Part shown: positions 13,926-26,595 of the stretch, in pieces | How the letters are laid out: each line of letters starts with the position of its first letter | Numbering within the stretch: position 1 is the first letter of the stretch | Assembly (NCBI RefSeq): GCF_009834535.1 | Contig: NC_045697.1 | Location: 74,402,001 to 74,466,000, forward strand | Length of the DNA stretch: 64,000 nt | Direction of reading: 5' to 3' | Origin: Camelus ferus | Taxonomy: Eukaryota | Notes under the pieces: model-generated | Seen by the model: only the letters and a program-made list of their open reading frames with translations | What the model was told of the DNA's origin: nothing | The model's database searches: none | Position numbers and translations under genes: made by a program

Positions 13926-14892
13926 TTTTTTATTGAAGTAAAGTATAGTTGATTTACACTATTATGTTAATTTTAAGTGTACAGCATAGTGATTCAGTAT
14001 TTTTACAGGTTATACTCCATTAAAAGCTTTTACAAGACAATGGCTATTATTTCCTGTGCTGTACAATATAAGCTTGTTGCTTTTCTATTTTATACATGGC
14101 AATTTGTATCTCTTAATCCTCTACCCCTAATTTACCCCTCTCCCCAGTGGTAACCTCTAGTTTGTTTTCTATATCTGTGACTCTGTTTCTGTTTTGCATT
14201 CATTTGTATTTTTTTTTTAGATTTCACATTTAAGTGATATCACATAGTATTTCTTTATCTGACTTATTTCACTACGCACAATAGTCTCTGGGTCCATCGA
14301 TGCTGCTGCAAATGGCAGAATTTCATTCTTTTTATGGCTGAATAATATTCCATTGTATATATGTATAGACCACATCTTCTTTATCCATTTATCTGTTGAT
14401 GGGCACTTGGATTGCTTCCATATCTTGGCTATTGTAAATAGTGCTGCTATAAACATTGAGGTGCATGTATCGTTTTGAGTTAGTGTTTTCATTTTTTCAT
14501 GGTATATACCCAGGAGTGAAATTCCTGGATAATATAGTAGTGTATTTTTAGTTTTTTGAGGAAACTTCATACTGTTTTCCATAGTAGCTGCACCAATTTA
14601 CATGCCCACCAACAGTGTACAAGGGTTCCCTTTTCTCCATGTCCTCTCCAACATTTGCTATTGTACTCTTTTCAGTGATAGCCATTCTGACAGCTGCGAA
14701 GTGATATCTCATGTGGTGCTGATTTGCATTTCTCTAATAATTAGTGATGTCAAGCATGTTTTCATATGCCTATTAATCAACTGTATGCTTTCCTTGGAAA
14801 AAAATGTCTATTTAGGTCTTATGCCCATTTTTTGGATTGGGTTGTTTGTTTTTCTGATATTGAGTTGTATGAGCTATTTGTATATTTTGGGT
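13926..14892 (-). mobile_element. L1 3' end (end of ORF2 plus 3' UTR)
   Basis: ORF 14217..14582(-) is degenerate L1 ORF2 C-terminus (CTSMFIAALFTIAKIWKQSKCPSTDKWIKKMW); T-rich tail at ~13927. Confidence 0.95.
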
Positions 14893-15909
14893 TAAAAGAT
14901 ATAGTTTTACCTGAAAGACAAGCCATTTTAGAACTTGGCCTAATGACTATGAGAGGTCAGCTGAAGGGCAATGTGAAGCTGGACTCACCTACCTTAGACT
15001 CTTGGTCAGGATCCTATTTCCAGGATAACTAAGGAGACTTCCCTCCTCTGCTCCCTTTCTCTCCCACAAGCTTTCATCCAATTATGTCAAATACTTGAAG
15101 TGTTTTGTATTTATTTAAAGTACCTATAATGGCCTTCTCTTCCAATAAGAATTTCTCAAATGACTCTCATGATCTCTGTGCAGCATATATTAGGCAAATA
15201 GTTGTGAAGTTATTTTTTCCTTCCAAAAATTCTGTCAGTAATGTAAAATTCATTTGCTAACATAATATTTTGTGCAAATACACCAAAAATGTTTAATACC
15301 TAACCTTCTTACTTCTGCCTGCATATTAACACGATTAGAAAATATTTGTGGCTAGATAGTCATTGGAAAGTAAACATTTAGTCACTTAGTTGTTATTCAC
15401 AAAATTATTTCACTATGTTTAAATGGAATTTACAGCTGACCACAGTAATTCTTATCTCTCTTTAAAGGAGCTATGCAATTAATACCTTTGAGAGTATTTA
15501 ACAGCCCAAAATAAAAGTGCTGGCATAATTTTTTAAAGTACTGATAAAGTGAAATTTAGCATTTGCTAGAAAATGATTCTCATTCTTTTTCAAAAGGATG
15601 TATACTGTCTCAAAGACTATAAGTATTAAGGCTATAAATAATAATATTAATCAGCATCAGTAAAGCACTTACTATGTGTTAGTCTGTGCTAATCAGATGC
15701 ATAGAGTACTTCACTTATCTAAAAAATGTAAGATTCTTGGGCAAGTATCACATGTGGATATTTATGTGTATATGCATATACACATGCATATGACCATGCA
15801 TGTGGTGTATCCATACATACGGTACACTATATAGTATTTACAATATATTTAGTTAAATACATCTAGAAAATTTCTGGGCAGATACTAAGACACAGTGAAT
15901 CATTTTTAC

Positions 15910-16375
15910 TGTGGCCACCACTGGTGATTGCCTGCCCAATAGCCATTTCCCTTCTTTCTTGCCAACAGAACGCTGGTTTTGTGGGGGCGGCCGTGTGTCG
16001 CCCCAGGGCATGAGTTAGGATGGACCTAAACCAGTCATGGCAGTCTCTATTCTCTTCTCCCCACGGTGGGGCTGGGGGATGAGAGATAAGGGGAGTCTGC
16101 TTAGAGCTTCTGGGAGGATTTCCCTCCTCGGAAAATAAAAACGTGCATGAGGAGAACGCTCTTTATGCTTCCACCCCATTCCTTCCCGCTTAGGAATGGA
16201 TCGTTTGAAAATGTACTTCCTACCCGCATTAGCCTCCTGTGACAACGAGGTGTGATACTGCTGGCACACTGTGGATAGTGGCTTCTTGATTATCTTACAA
16301 ACCACAGAACCAACTCTGACACCACCTAACTCTGAATTTCGTGTAAATCAACAATAGCCACTACTAATAGCCAAA
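15910..16375. mobile_element. MLT1 (MaLR, MLT1J-like) LTR
   Basis: tgtggccaccactggtgattgcctgcccaatagccatttcccttctttcttgccaacagaac start motif. Confidence 0.7.
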
Positions 16376-16909
16376 GCATTCATTCATGACTATAGTTACT
16401 TCTGGGGAGTGGGACTGAGGGTGCAGGAAGGGAGAACAGTGTCTTATTTTTCATTGTATATTGTTTTGTGCTGCTTTAATTTGTTTTACCATATATGGGC
16501 AATACTTTCAAAATTTTAAAGCAACTCACTTAATTTTTTAAAAATTTCATTTCTGAGTAACTAATTTGTTAATGTGGAGAAAACTGAGAGTCGTGATGTT
16601 TTAAGCAGTGCCCTGACTCATTAGCCACAACTTAGACCCAGGCACTCTTTGCAACAACATACATGTATGCCACCACTTGGAATATTTGAGGAGTTTGTTA
16701 ATTTTGAATTTTAAACTCACATTTTCCTTCTTTCCAAACTATTTGTGAGCATTCGTATGTCTCCTAAACAATGAATTCATCCTTGGTAGTTACTTAAGGT
16801 ACTGTGAGGATTCCAGGACACTGAAGCCCTGGGTTCAGATCATAGTGTTTAGAGACACATTTTTAAGATTTCTTCCCAGTTCTCTTCTTGAAGAATACTC
16901 CCCTCCCTC

Positions 16910-17406
16910 AGCCAACTAGAGTACCAGCTCTGAGCCCTTCTTCCTGTGTTTATATCAAATAAACCCAACCATCACTGATTAGAAAAGAGGTGGACATCTG
17001 ATCCATGAACCAGACCAAACTGATTATTTTTTTCTTGAGAACTGAACGGAGAGACCCAGGCTGGGAGTCAGGTGGTGGTGGTCTCGAGAGCTGCAAGGGC
17101 CTGTGGACCAAGAGGCGATGACAGCTATGGAGGGCCACGCACGTGAGGAGCACGCACAGAGAGCCAGTCTGCAGGGAGAGGCTGCACACGGCAGGGCAGG
17201 AAACAGACAAGTGTCAGCGCAAGAACTTGCAGCCCGAGAACAGCAGCTGAGCCCTGAAGTCTTCAGTTTCCAAGTCTAATTCCCCGTGGGGCTCCACCGT
17301 CCTTCCTTTTTTGAATTCCATGAGGAGCTGTCGTATAATAAATCCTCTTTTATACGAGGCAGCCAGAGTAGGGTTAGTTTCTTGTCACCAAATGAGCCCT
17401 AAGTAT
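16910..17406 (+). mobile_element. ERVL-type LTR (LTR16-like)
   Basis: Ends aataaatcctctttt...gccagagtagggttagtttcttgtcaccaaatgagccctaa, typical of old ERVL LTRs. Confidence 0.55.
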
Positions 17407-18264
17407 GAGTGAAGCCTTATCATTTTAGAAATTCCCCTACACGTCTAACTCCGTTCACAGCAAGGGAGTATTTGATAATGACATCTCCTCTGAAATACTT
17501 CCACCCAAGATTTGTGGCTTCATTCTTCAGAGACTAACGACATTTAAAACTCGATGTTAATTACAGCATTGGATTAGCTATATACAGCCTTAGAGAAAGT
17601 CAGACCGTCATATTTTGTCATTTAATTCCTTTGTAGAGAGAGAAGCTGTAAAATTTATGACTCACTCTCCATTTGCCCTACTTTTTTCAATGTGAAGATG
17701 CTTCATTTTCCTTGAAGAAGAAGAATGGTAGCAATTGAATGGCTTTGCCTCCTCCTGGCATCTCTTAACATTTACCACCTTCCCCAGCAGCAGGCCTGTT
17801 CTGTTCATGGTGATTTTCTCCTGCTAAACATTGCTAACAAACTCTGGGGGGCCTTCGTATTTTTGTCCAGCTTCAACCTATATGAGACCCAGCAAAGGAC
17901 TATTTCTGATATGAAGCCAGCTCATTTACCTTTTAACCTAAGGAGTAGGTAAGAGTAAAATGAATTTGGGGAGATACACAAATAGGAGAATGAAAAATGT
18001 GATGAAGAGATGAGTTAAGAATTCACCTTGTGGAGAAAATGCTCAGGAAAGCATAGATTCTGAAGAATATCCTTAGAGCCAATGGAATAGCTTGGAACTT
18101 CCTATGTGATCACTTGCCTTTTCTTGGCATCTCTACATAGAGACAATGGTCTTTCACAGCCAAGGTGTGTGCTGTTTTAATAGTCACAATTAGGATGCTT
18201 CCAACCTTGTCCTGGTGGACACAGACTCTTCCTTCTCCTTCCCTTGGTAATGAACAATAGTACA

Positions 18265-18490
18265 GCAAGGGCAGTAAACATGATGGTTACAAACACGCTC
18301 TAAAGCCAAACTGCCTCGTTTCAGACTCCAGCTTCATCTCTCAAAAGCTATGTGACCTGGCAAGTTACTTAACCTCTTTGTGCCTCTGTGTTTTCATATG
18401 TAAAATGGGATAATACCAGTACCTACCTCATGAGAAGGATGTGAGAAGTAAATGAGTCCTGGTGTATTGTACGTGCTCAGGAAAGTCGGC
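18265..18490 (+). mobile_element. MIR SINE (a second MIR follows at ~18600-18780)
   Basis: gctatgtgacctggcaagttacttaacctctttgtgcctc...tgtaaaatgggataatacc core. Confidence 0.9.
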
Positions 18491-18989
18491 TGTCGTGGTG
18501 AGTGTTGTCATTGTTCGTATTATTTGAGCAAGTATGAGGGAGGACGGAAAGCTGAGTCAGTCTCCCATCAGGAGTTTACTCTTAACACTGGATGACCTAA
18601 GCGAGGCGAGCAAGGGCCATGAAGTCAGGCTTTACTTCTTACTAGCCTCCTGACCTCGGCCAAGTTACTTAACTTCTCCACGCCTTGGTCTGCTTACCTA
18701 AAGTTGGGCATAATAATAGGGTCTACCACACCATAAGTGCCCCAATTTGTTATATACAAAGAGCACAGCAGTATTTAATGACCAAATGAATATCTATTGT
18801 CAAAAGAAAATGCTATAAGGATTCTGAAAGTGAGGAATGCTGCCTCAGTTCCCCCAGAGTAACTGATAATGGACAGAAACACAGAGCATAGCAAACACAG
18901 GTTCACTTGCTAATGCTCTGTATGGGCTCCCACACAAAGCTCTCCTCTTAGTGCCCCAGGAAAGGACGCAGAATGGCCAATGCATGTTT

Positions 18990-20045
18990 TTTGTCTTTTT
19001 TTTCTTTTACGTGTGTTAAGATTTTGTCTTTGACTTTACCAGTATCGTCTAGGTATGGTTTTCTTATATACATCCTGCTTGGGGTTCGTGATGCTCTTTA
19101 AATCTAGCTTGGTATTTTTCCAGAACTTTGGAAAATTCTCAGCCATTCTCTTGACATACCTTTATTCTGTCCCATTCTCTTTGTCCTGCTCTCTCTCTCC
19201 TTCTAGGATTACAATTACATACACATTAGACTTTTTCACCTGTCCCTTGTGTCTCTTACACTCTTTTGTGCATTTTCCATCCTTTTGTCTTCCCATGATT
19301 CAACCTAGGTGTTTCCTTCTGACTTATTTAATTCTTTTTCAACTGTATTTAATCTGTTATTTAAACCCATTCATTGAATTCATAATATCAGTTACTGTTC
19401 TCAGTTATTTTTATTTCCACTACCTGTCCTCTGCCAAATTTCTCAATCTTGCTTTTAATTTCTTAAATGTATTCATCATAATTTTCAAAAATTCTATTGA
19501 GTAACTCCAATGTCTAAACCCCCACAAGCCTGTTTCTATTATCCTCTGTTTTTCTTTCAGTCTCATCTCTTTCTGTGCTTGATAGTTTTTAAATTGATTG
19601 CCAGCCTTTGATACAAAACATTCAGAAATCATTTGTGGCCACTGGTGATGTTACCTTCCTCCAGAGAGGGTTCATTTTGCTTCTGGCAAGCAGGTAGGCT
19701 GGAGTGGTAGCAGGTACACGTCACCTAATCCATCAGCCTCCAGTGTTTGTGAGGGCAGGTCTGTAACCAGCATACCCCTTCTCCTTGGGCGTATACCCCT
19801 TCAGGATTGCCAAAGAACACCTGGGAGCTTTACCAGGTCCCATCCTCCTTGAATTTTTTTTCTCCCTGGCCCAAACGTCTACTGAAAGGATCCTACATCT
19901 CCACTCCCACTTTCAGAATTGGCATTCGCTGGAAGAAGTAAAGCAGTGAGTTTCAAGCTCATTTCTTTGGGCTCGCCTGTGCTCCCATATCCGGACCCCA
20001 CAAACCCAGTTCCTCACCACCTAGGGAGTGTTTCTAGTTTTCAGA
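18990..20045 (-). mobile_element. Ancient L1M/HAL1 5' and ORF1-region remnant
   Basis: tttggaaaattctcagccatt, aggattacaattacatacacattagac; ORF 19420..19632(-) resembles degenerate L1 ORF1 N-terminus. Confidence 0.65.
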
Positions 20046-20167
20046 GAAAGGCTTGGTTCAAAGCATCCTGGTCCACCGTTGCTAGCAGCAGAACCCTTGC
20101 CTGTGTTTTTGTTGCATGTCTAGTGATCTTACTCTTCATATTTCAAGAAGTGTGCAGATTTCTTAAA

Positions 20168-20198
20168 ATACAACAGCAGCAACAACAACAACAACAAG
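20168..20198 (+). repeat. (CAG/CAA)n microsatellite
   Basis: caacagcagcaacaacaacaacaacaa. Confidence 0.9.
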
Positions 20199-21067
20199 CG
20201 ACAGAGTTCCAAACAGCTTGCCAAACAAAAGTTTAGTGGAGAAAATGCATCTTAAAAACATAGGGAGATCAATGGGAAAGGATGGGAACATTCCCAAGGA
20301 GACCCAAATCTTCACCACAGATGGCAGGGCCAGCATATTCCTTTAAGTTATAAGTCACATTATTAATACTTTGAGGAACCTTTTGTGCAATCACTTCAGT
20401 TTCCAGAATGTTACTAAAGTCCATGGGAACCTTTATTCCTGACTCATTAGGTTTTAATCTCCTTTCTCCTAGCCCAGCCTAGGGTTACTTTTAATGAGTA
20501 AAAAAGATTGATTCATTACCATACAAAAGGCAAGTGCATGGTGACAATAATCTGTTATATAGGGTTTTTTTTTTATTTGAGAAAACAAACCAAATTAAAT
20601 GACGACAAGGGAAGAAGCTGTCTTCAATCACAGCCCGAAAGGTTGGATAGGACTTAGATGCGATGCAGTACCACACACGAGTTATGCAATAGATACCTGT
20701 TAAATTATTTATTGAAAAAAAATAAATCTCTCTTCTAGGCTATAAAGAAATTTGAACTGATTGCACCAAGGAGTGACAGGAGCCGAGAGGACAGCTCCTG
20801 CCTGGCAGGGAGCATTTGGCACTGCTCCTAGAAAAAGAGTTTCAGATCCAGCCAGTGCTTTCTTCTTCTTTTGAGTTGGTATGTGTCACTTTCATCGTTA
20901 TTTCATTAAAAATAATCAACTCTTTATGTCTCTAGTCCAGGTGAATCTCTCCGTCTCTGGAAGCTAAAATTGGCTTATCTGTTGGCAGAATTCATACCTG
21001 TTGTTGAAAGAAAGGAGCCTCTGCTTCCAGCCTCCATCACAGTAAGAGACAGGAAATCCCTGTGGCC

Positions 21068-21091
21068 AAAAAAAAAAAAAAAAAAAAAAAA
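21068..21091 (+). repeat. poly(A) run of about 24 nt
   Basis: Seen directly. Confidence 0.9.
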
Positions 21092-21376
21092 GAATGCAGA
21101 AATAGCCCAGTATTCCCTTCTCTCCCAGATCCTGTGTCAAGAGACAGAGGTGTAGACACTTCATAGCTTTCTATTCAGATAAAGCATGAGCATGGACTGT
21201 GATCTGGATCATAAATATACTGGAGTTCTACCTCCAAAGTTAGACTTTTCCTAACACCTACCATTCATTGAATGTTTCCTACATACTAGGCACTGCAGTG
21301 ATGGCATTATATTTTAACTCATTGTGTTTTCACAGGAACTCTGCAAGACACAGATGGTTTGTTTTATATTCTTTAA

Positions 21377-21868
21377 TGAGATGGTCAGTCAGGTGAGGCC
21401 ACAGGAAAAGGCAGAGTTGAGGCTCAGGAAGAAACAAAGTTTATTACACTCACAGGTCCTAGAGACAGGAGGCATGCCAAGCAGGGTCATGTGGGGAAAT
21501 CCAGGGTGGTAAGAAGCCAGAAGGCAGGAGTGGGGGGTAGTGTGGGGGGATTTCTTAGGCTACTCTATTGGGGTTCCCACAGGAAAGGCAATGCAGGACA
21601 GCGCAGTTTAGGATGGTCCCTAGTTGCCTGGCATCTGGCCCTGGGATGATTAAGGCAGAGGAATATTGCCTCTGGGACAACATGCCAGATAGAAGAGATA
21701 CGACTGGGGATAGGTTAGTTTGCATATCAAAGTCCATGCTCTAGGCTGGGCCCTTTGCCATCTGGAAAAATGGGCTAGCCCAGGGAGGGGCAGTCTCTCT
21801 CCAGGCCGAATGCTTTCTTACAATGTCAAAACATCATAATATACAGAAAATTATATATGCACAATACA
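21377..21868 (-). mobile_element. MER74-like ERVL solo LTR inserted in a MIR
   Basis: TG...CA ends; reverse strand begins tgtattgtgcatatataattttctgtatattatgatgttttgacatt; MIR halves flank it at ~21250-21365 and ~21870-21980. Confidence 0.75.
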
Positions 21869-22744
21869 TTGTCTTCCTATATAATAGAAGAGGAAACTGA
21901 GGTTCGGTTAGAGCTCAACCAGTATTTACCAGAATAGGATTAAATTTGAAGTCTGGCTGAGCATCAGTGCCATCCTGCCTTGATTTTTCCTTAAGCAAAG
22001 TTCTTCCAAATCACACTGTATTCCTAGATGTGCATTTAGAAAAATGAGACCATACTGCTAGGGTGATTTAATTTATCTGATGAATTATTTTGCAAATTAA
22101 CAGTAGTTAATATACACATTTACCAGAGTTAAAGACACTGTAATCAAAAACATTACTCTACCAATATCCTCCAACTGTTCAATTTTAATTAATTTTATAT
22201 TTCAGGTTATTTGTGCTGTGGAGTAGGGCTTTGCTCATTCAGTAGACCACATAGCTTGAGCTGCATATTGTATGATATTTTGTTTTTTCCATCTGAGACA
22301 GAACAAGTAAAAATGGTCTTCACTGATTTACATAAGGAACTTTCTGACAAAGAGCTGTGAGGTCTTGGACTTATATTTTGCATCTTCATTTAGGAAAAAA
22401 AGAATCTATTCTATGGGAGACAGATTTTATTGTTTGAACAGAGGGGGCAAAAGTGAACAGTTGTAGAAAATATAAACTATCTGAATATAGGAAAGATAGT
22501 ACAATTGGGAATTTAAAGAATTTCTAGAGAATAGAACTCAATGTTAAAAGCAGGAAAAAAATTGATAGGAAATCCTAAAACAACAAATAAACACCTAAGC
22601 TACAGCTTTCATATCAAGCCTAAATCTTAATATTTGGTAGCTTATCTTTTTATATATTGAATTTATTTTAGTCCTGCTTCTTTCCAGAATGGACTTTGTT
22701 TTCTCCAGAAAAACCTCAAGAAATGACAATATCAAATAAGGGTA

Positions 22745-23910
22745 GTAAAAGAAGACTGTTCCTTCCTATTCACAACACTTCCAACACCAAATGTGTGAGT
22801 TTTCCATGACAAGCAATTCAACTCTCTGTGACACCAGCTGGGCGTCCTACAGTTTAATTCATTGTGACACTGACTACCCAGAGTTAGCACAGACCTCACA
22901 GGGTAAAGGCTCAGTCCCGTAAGACTGACCCCACTTCCAACACCAGTCACTTGTGTTATCACTGGTGCTTCTGACTAACCAGCTATAAATCAGAGGTCCC
23001 CATGACCCTCTCCTCGGGTCCAATACTTTGCTAGAGTAGCTCATAAAACACAAAGAAATACTTTACTTAATATTACCAGTTTATTGCAAGGGATATAACT
23101 CAGAAGCAGCCAAATGGAGGAGATGCATAGGACAACATACGCGGGAAGAGGTGAAGAGCTTCCACACCCTTTCCAGTCTGCCACCCTCCTGGCACGTGGA
23201 TGCATTTATCAACCCAGAATCTTTAAGGTTCTTATGGAGGTTTCATTCTGTAGGCATGACTGATTAGATCATTGTCCATTGGTGATTAGCTCAGCCCCTG
23301 CCCTTCTCCCCTCCTCAGAATTCTCGGGGTGGGGCTGAAAGTTCCAACCATCTAAATGCACAGTTGGTTCCTCTGGCAACCAGCTCCCATCCTAAGGCTA
23401 TCTCGGGTCCCATCAAGAGTCACATCCTGTGACTTCTTCTACAAAACAGAAATAGACTCACAGACATAGTAAACAGCCTTATGGTTACCTGGGAAAGGGT
23501 GTGGGAAGGGATAAATTTGGGAGTTTGACATTTACAAATGTTAGCCACTATATATAAAAATAGATTTATAAAAGTTTTTTCAATATAGCACAGGGAACTA
23601 TGTTCAATATCTTGTAATAACCTTTAGCAAAAAAGAATATGAGAACTAGCATATGTATGTATATGCATGACTAGGACATTGCACTGTACACCAGAAATGG
23701 ATACATTGTAATTGACTGCACTTCAATTTAAAAAAAAAAGTCACATCCTTAACCTAAACACAAGTATGGTCAAAAGGGGCTGATTATGAATAACAACAGA
23801 CCCTCTTCTCACCCTCACAAGCCAGGAAATTACAAAGGTTTTAGGAGTTCTGTGCCAAGACCAAATATCAAATGAAAGACCAAATGTACATTTCTTATTA
23901 CATCACAACA
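22745..23910 (-). mobile_element. MER21-like LTR, split by an L1 insertion
   Basis: cacaacacttccaacaccaaatgtgtg...gacaccagctgggcgtcct...gagttagcacagacctcacaggg...ggaaattacaaaggttttaggag...atcacaaca. Confidence 0.85.
23429..23738 (+). mobile_element. 5'-truncated lineage-specific L1 3' end with TSD
   Basis: acaaaacagaaatagactcacagacatag...cttcaatttaaaaaaaaa; TSD agtcacatcct at 23418-23428 and 23739-23749. Confidence 0.9.
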
Positions 23911-24194
23911 TGTCAGGTAATAAAGCAGAAGGAGAAAATCAGGACCAATGAAAGAAGGAAAAGAGCACACATGCTAACCCACCCCAAGAGTTTAAATACC
24001 TCTTGTGGCAGAATTTAACTCTAAGCTTCCTGGTAGTCACTTATAAAAATATTTATATTAATTAATTAATTAATTAATCTTTCAAGTTTATGTGAGAATT
24101 TTAACTGTCCATAGTAAAATAACATTAAACATAACTGGCATACAAAATTTAAATTATTGGGGGAAATTAATGGCAAAATATATATGTTGCTTTA

Positions 24195-24585
24195 AAATTT
24201 TTTAATAGACTATTTTTTAGAGCAGGTACAGAGTCACAGCAAAATTGAATGGAAGGTACAGAGATTTCTCATATGTTCCCTACCCCGACACATGCGTAGC
24301 CTCCCCCATTATTAACATCCCTCACCAAGTGGTACATTTGTTACAATCGGTACGCCTATGTTAACACACTGTAATCACCCAAAGACCATAGTTTGCACTA
24401 GGGTTCACTCTTGGTGGTGTACATTCTATGGCATTTGATACATGTATTATGGCATGCATCCCCCATCGTAGTATGATACAGAATAGTTCTCCTGCCCTAA
24501 AAATCCTCTGTCCTCTGCTCATCATCCCCCTCTCCTCATTAACACCTGGCAACCACTGATCTTTTTACTGTCTCCATGGTCTTCT
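24195..24585 (-). mobile_element. L1MB-like 3' fragment
   Basis: ttttagagcaggtacagagtcacagcaaaattgaatggaaggtacagag...cctggcaaccactgatctttttactgtctccat. Confidence 0.85.
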
Positions 24586-25431
24586 GCGAGCCACTTTTAA
24601 AAGTGAAATTTGATCACTTTCATCAGAAAATAGAAGACATAAAATTTTCCCCAAAGAGACAAAACTTTTTCTTGGCCCCAAGTTCTGTAAGAAATTACTT
24701 TATGGGATCATGATAGATACATCAGACAATATCCACAACAATCTTCCTGAAAATGCAGGTGCACATCTTACTTAACTGTATCTTATAATAAACTCACTAA
24801 AGTTGTAAGTCCAACTCACTAAGTGAAGAGTCTTCCAGGTTCTAAGTTAAGTTCCAAGAGACTAACTTGATCCAAGGTTAATACTGGGGAAATCCAGAGG
24901 AATTGTTAATTAGCACATCCCCAATCTAGACTGGCTTCCATAAATATCACTTATTTTAACAAGGAATTTTATAAGCACCAAAGTTTTACCTAAAGGATTG
25001 GTTTTCCATGTTATTGGAGGACAGATCCATGTTTTCAGAGACCAGAAGAGCAGGTTAATAATTTATTATAAAAGGGGAAAAGCTTAACTAGTACTTCCCC
25101 CATGTGGCAGCGAGATGCAAGAGTATTTTAGGCAACTCTGAATTTGCTCAAATACTTTGATAAAAGCTAAATTGAGATTAGAGATTCACAACACAGCACT
25201 GTCAGAGCTGGTTTAGGCATAGACAATGTTAAGGCAAGTGTTTGCAGTTGCCTGTCTTGGACAGAAATCTTAGAGAAGCATTTAATTCCCAGCAGTAAAA
25301 GCTTCCCTTGAGTTGAAGACACAATTGGTAGTTGTTGAGCACTTACTGCATGTACCATGAGCTTCACTAGGTACTTTTTACAATTTACCAAATTAAGTGG
25401 GTGAGTTATATGTTAAGAATTCCCAAATAAA

Positions 25432-25616
25432 GGGGGTGGGGTATAGCTCAGTGTTAGAGTATGTGTTTAGCCTGCACAAGGTCCTGGGTTTAATCCCCAG
25501 TACCTTCATTAAAATTTTTTTTTTAAATCTAATTAATTCCCCCCCAAAATCACTATAGAACAACAACAAGAAGCTATTTTAAAAATCTCAAAAAACAAAG
25601 CAAGAACAACAACAAA
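25432..25616 (+). mobile_element. tRNA-derived SINE (camelid type) with TSD
   Basis: gggggtggggtatagctcagtgttagag (A box)...gggtttaatcccc (B box), A-rich tail; TSD aagaattcccaaataaa 25415-25431 vs aagaactctcaaataaa 25617-25633. Confidence 0.9.
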
Positions 25617-25784
25617 AAGAACTCTCAAATAAATATATTGACTGCTGTATGATGAAAATCATTAAGTGAATTTTGGAGAATGATTTTCAAGTACAATGAT
25701 TTTTCTGTGATGTCATAGTGTTAAGCTTTCTTTCTAGCATAATTAAGTACTAAGTTAACTGATTTCTTGAGGCTACGGCAAAGA

Positions 25785-26150
25785 CGTTAGGTATGCAGTT
25801 AAAAGTTTTCATTTTCCTCCTTGGCACATTGGAAAAATATATTTTCCAAATCCTCCAGCAGTTAAATTAGAGCCATGTAACTAGGTGGTAGCCGACAGAG
25901 TGCCACAGATCCCCAGGTATGATTGCCCGGGCGCTCTCTCTCCCTTGGCCATGTAGCTACAGAAGGAGAACTCCGGGAAGACAGAACCACAGGATGGAAG
26001 GAGCCCAGATCCCTGAAAAGCCGCTTACAAAGGATACTCAGGAGGGCTGTCCAACCTGCATTAAATTTTTGTACTAATGAAAGGAATTTAATTGTGTTAA
26101 GCCAAAGATAATGGGGGCAATGTGTTAAAGAAGCTGGCTAGTGTTACCAC
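25785..26150. mobile_element. MLT1-like MaLR LTR remnant
   Basis: gaaccacaggatggaaggagcccagatccctga...ttgtgttaagcca. Confidence 0.65.
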
Positions 26151-26442
26151 TCCTGGTTTTATGATACTAAAAATTTGTTGTCAGCATAGAAGAACTTTTC
26201 TATACATAAAATCATGAATCAAAAAATGTTAATTTGTGTCAGATCATTAAGATATAAATTTAAAAGGGCTGAAAGGTAGGAGACTAAACCTAACTATTTT
26301 ATAACTCCTGCAACTGCTTCCTAATGTGCTGATCAGCCATTCATGTCTATTTCAATTATCTGACAATAAAATAGAATCAAATGAATCTTCCATTATCTTT
26401 GCAGAATTATTTGAAGATGGATGAGAATCATTGACAGTAAGT

Positions 26443-26595
26443 ACAGTTGTCCCTCCATATCCACAGGGTTCCCAGGACCCCTCTGGAGAATAAAATCCAC
26501 AGATATTCAAGCTCCTCAAATTAAATAGTGTCGTACAGTCGGCCTTCCCATATCCGCGGGTTCCCATATCTGCAGATTCAACCAATGGTGATCCA
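26443..26595 (+). mobile_element. TcMar-Tigger (MER2/MER8-like) fragment
   Basis: ta|cagttgtccctccatatcc...ttcccaggacccc...aaaatccacagatattcaag; TA target site before the TIR. Confidence 0.75.

Noticed and set aside
14217..14895. ORFs with L1 ORF2-like peptides
   Set aside because: Degenerate L1 fragment, not a host gene.
19919..20236. 105-aa ORF with a poly-Gln tract
   Set aside because: Translation through a CAA/CAG microsatellite beside an L1 remnant; no splice or homology support.
25432..25510. tRNA-like sequences (also ~50000-50080 and ~62600-62676)
   Set aside because: SINE heads with tails and TSDs, not tRNA genes.
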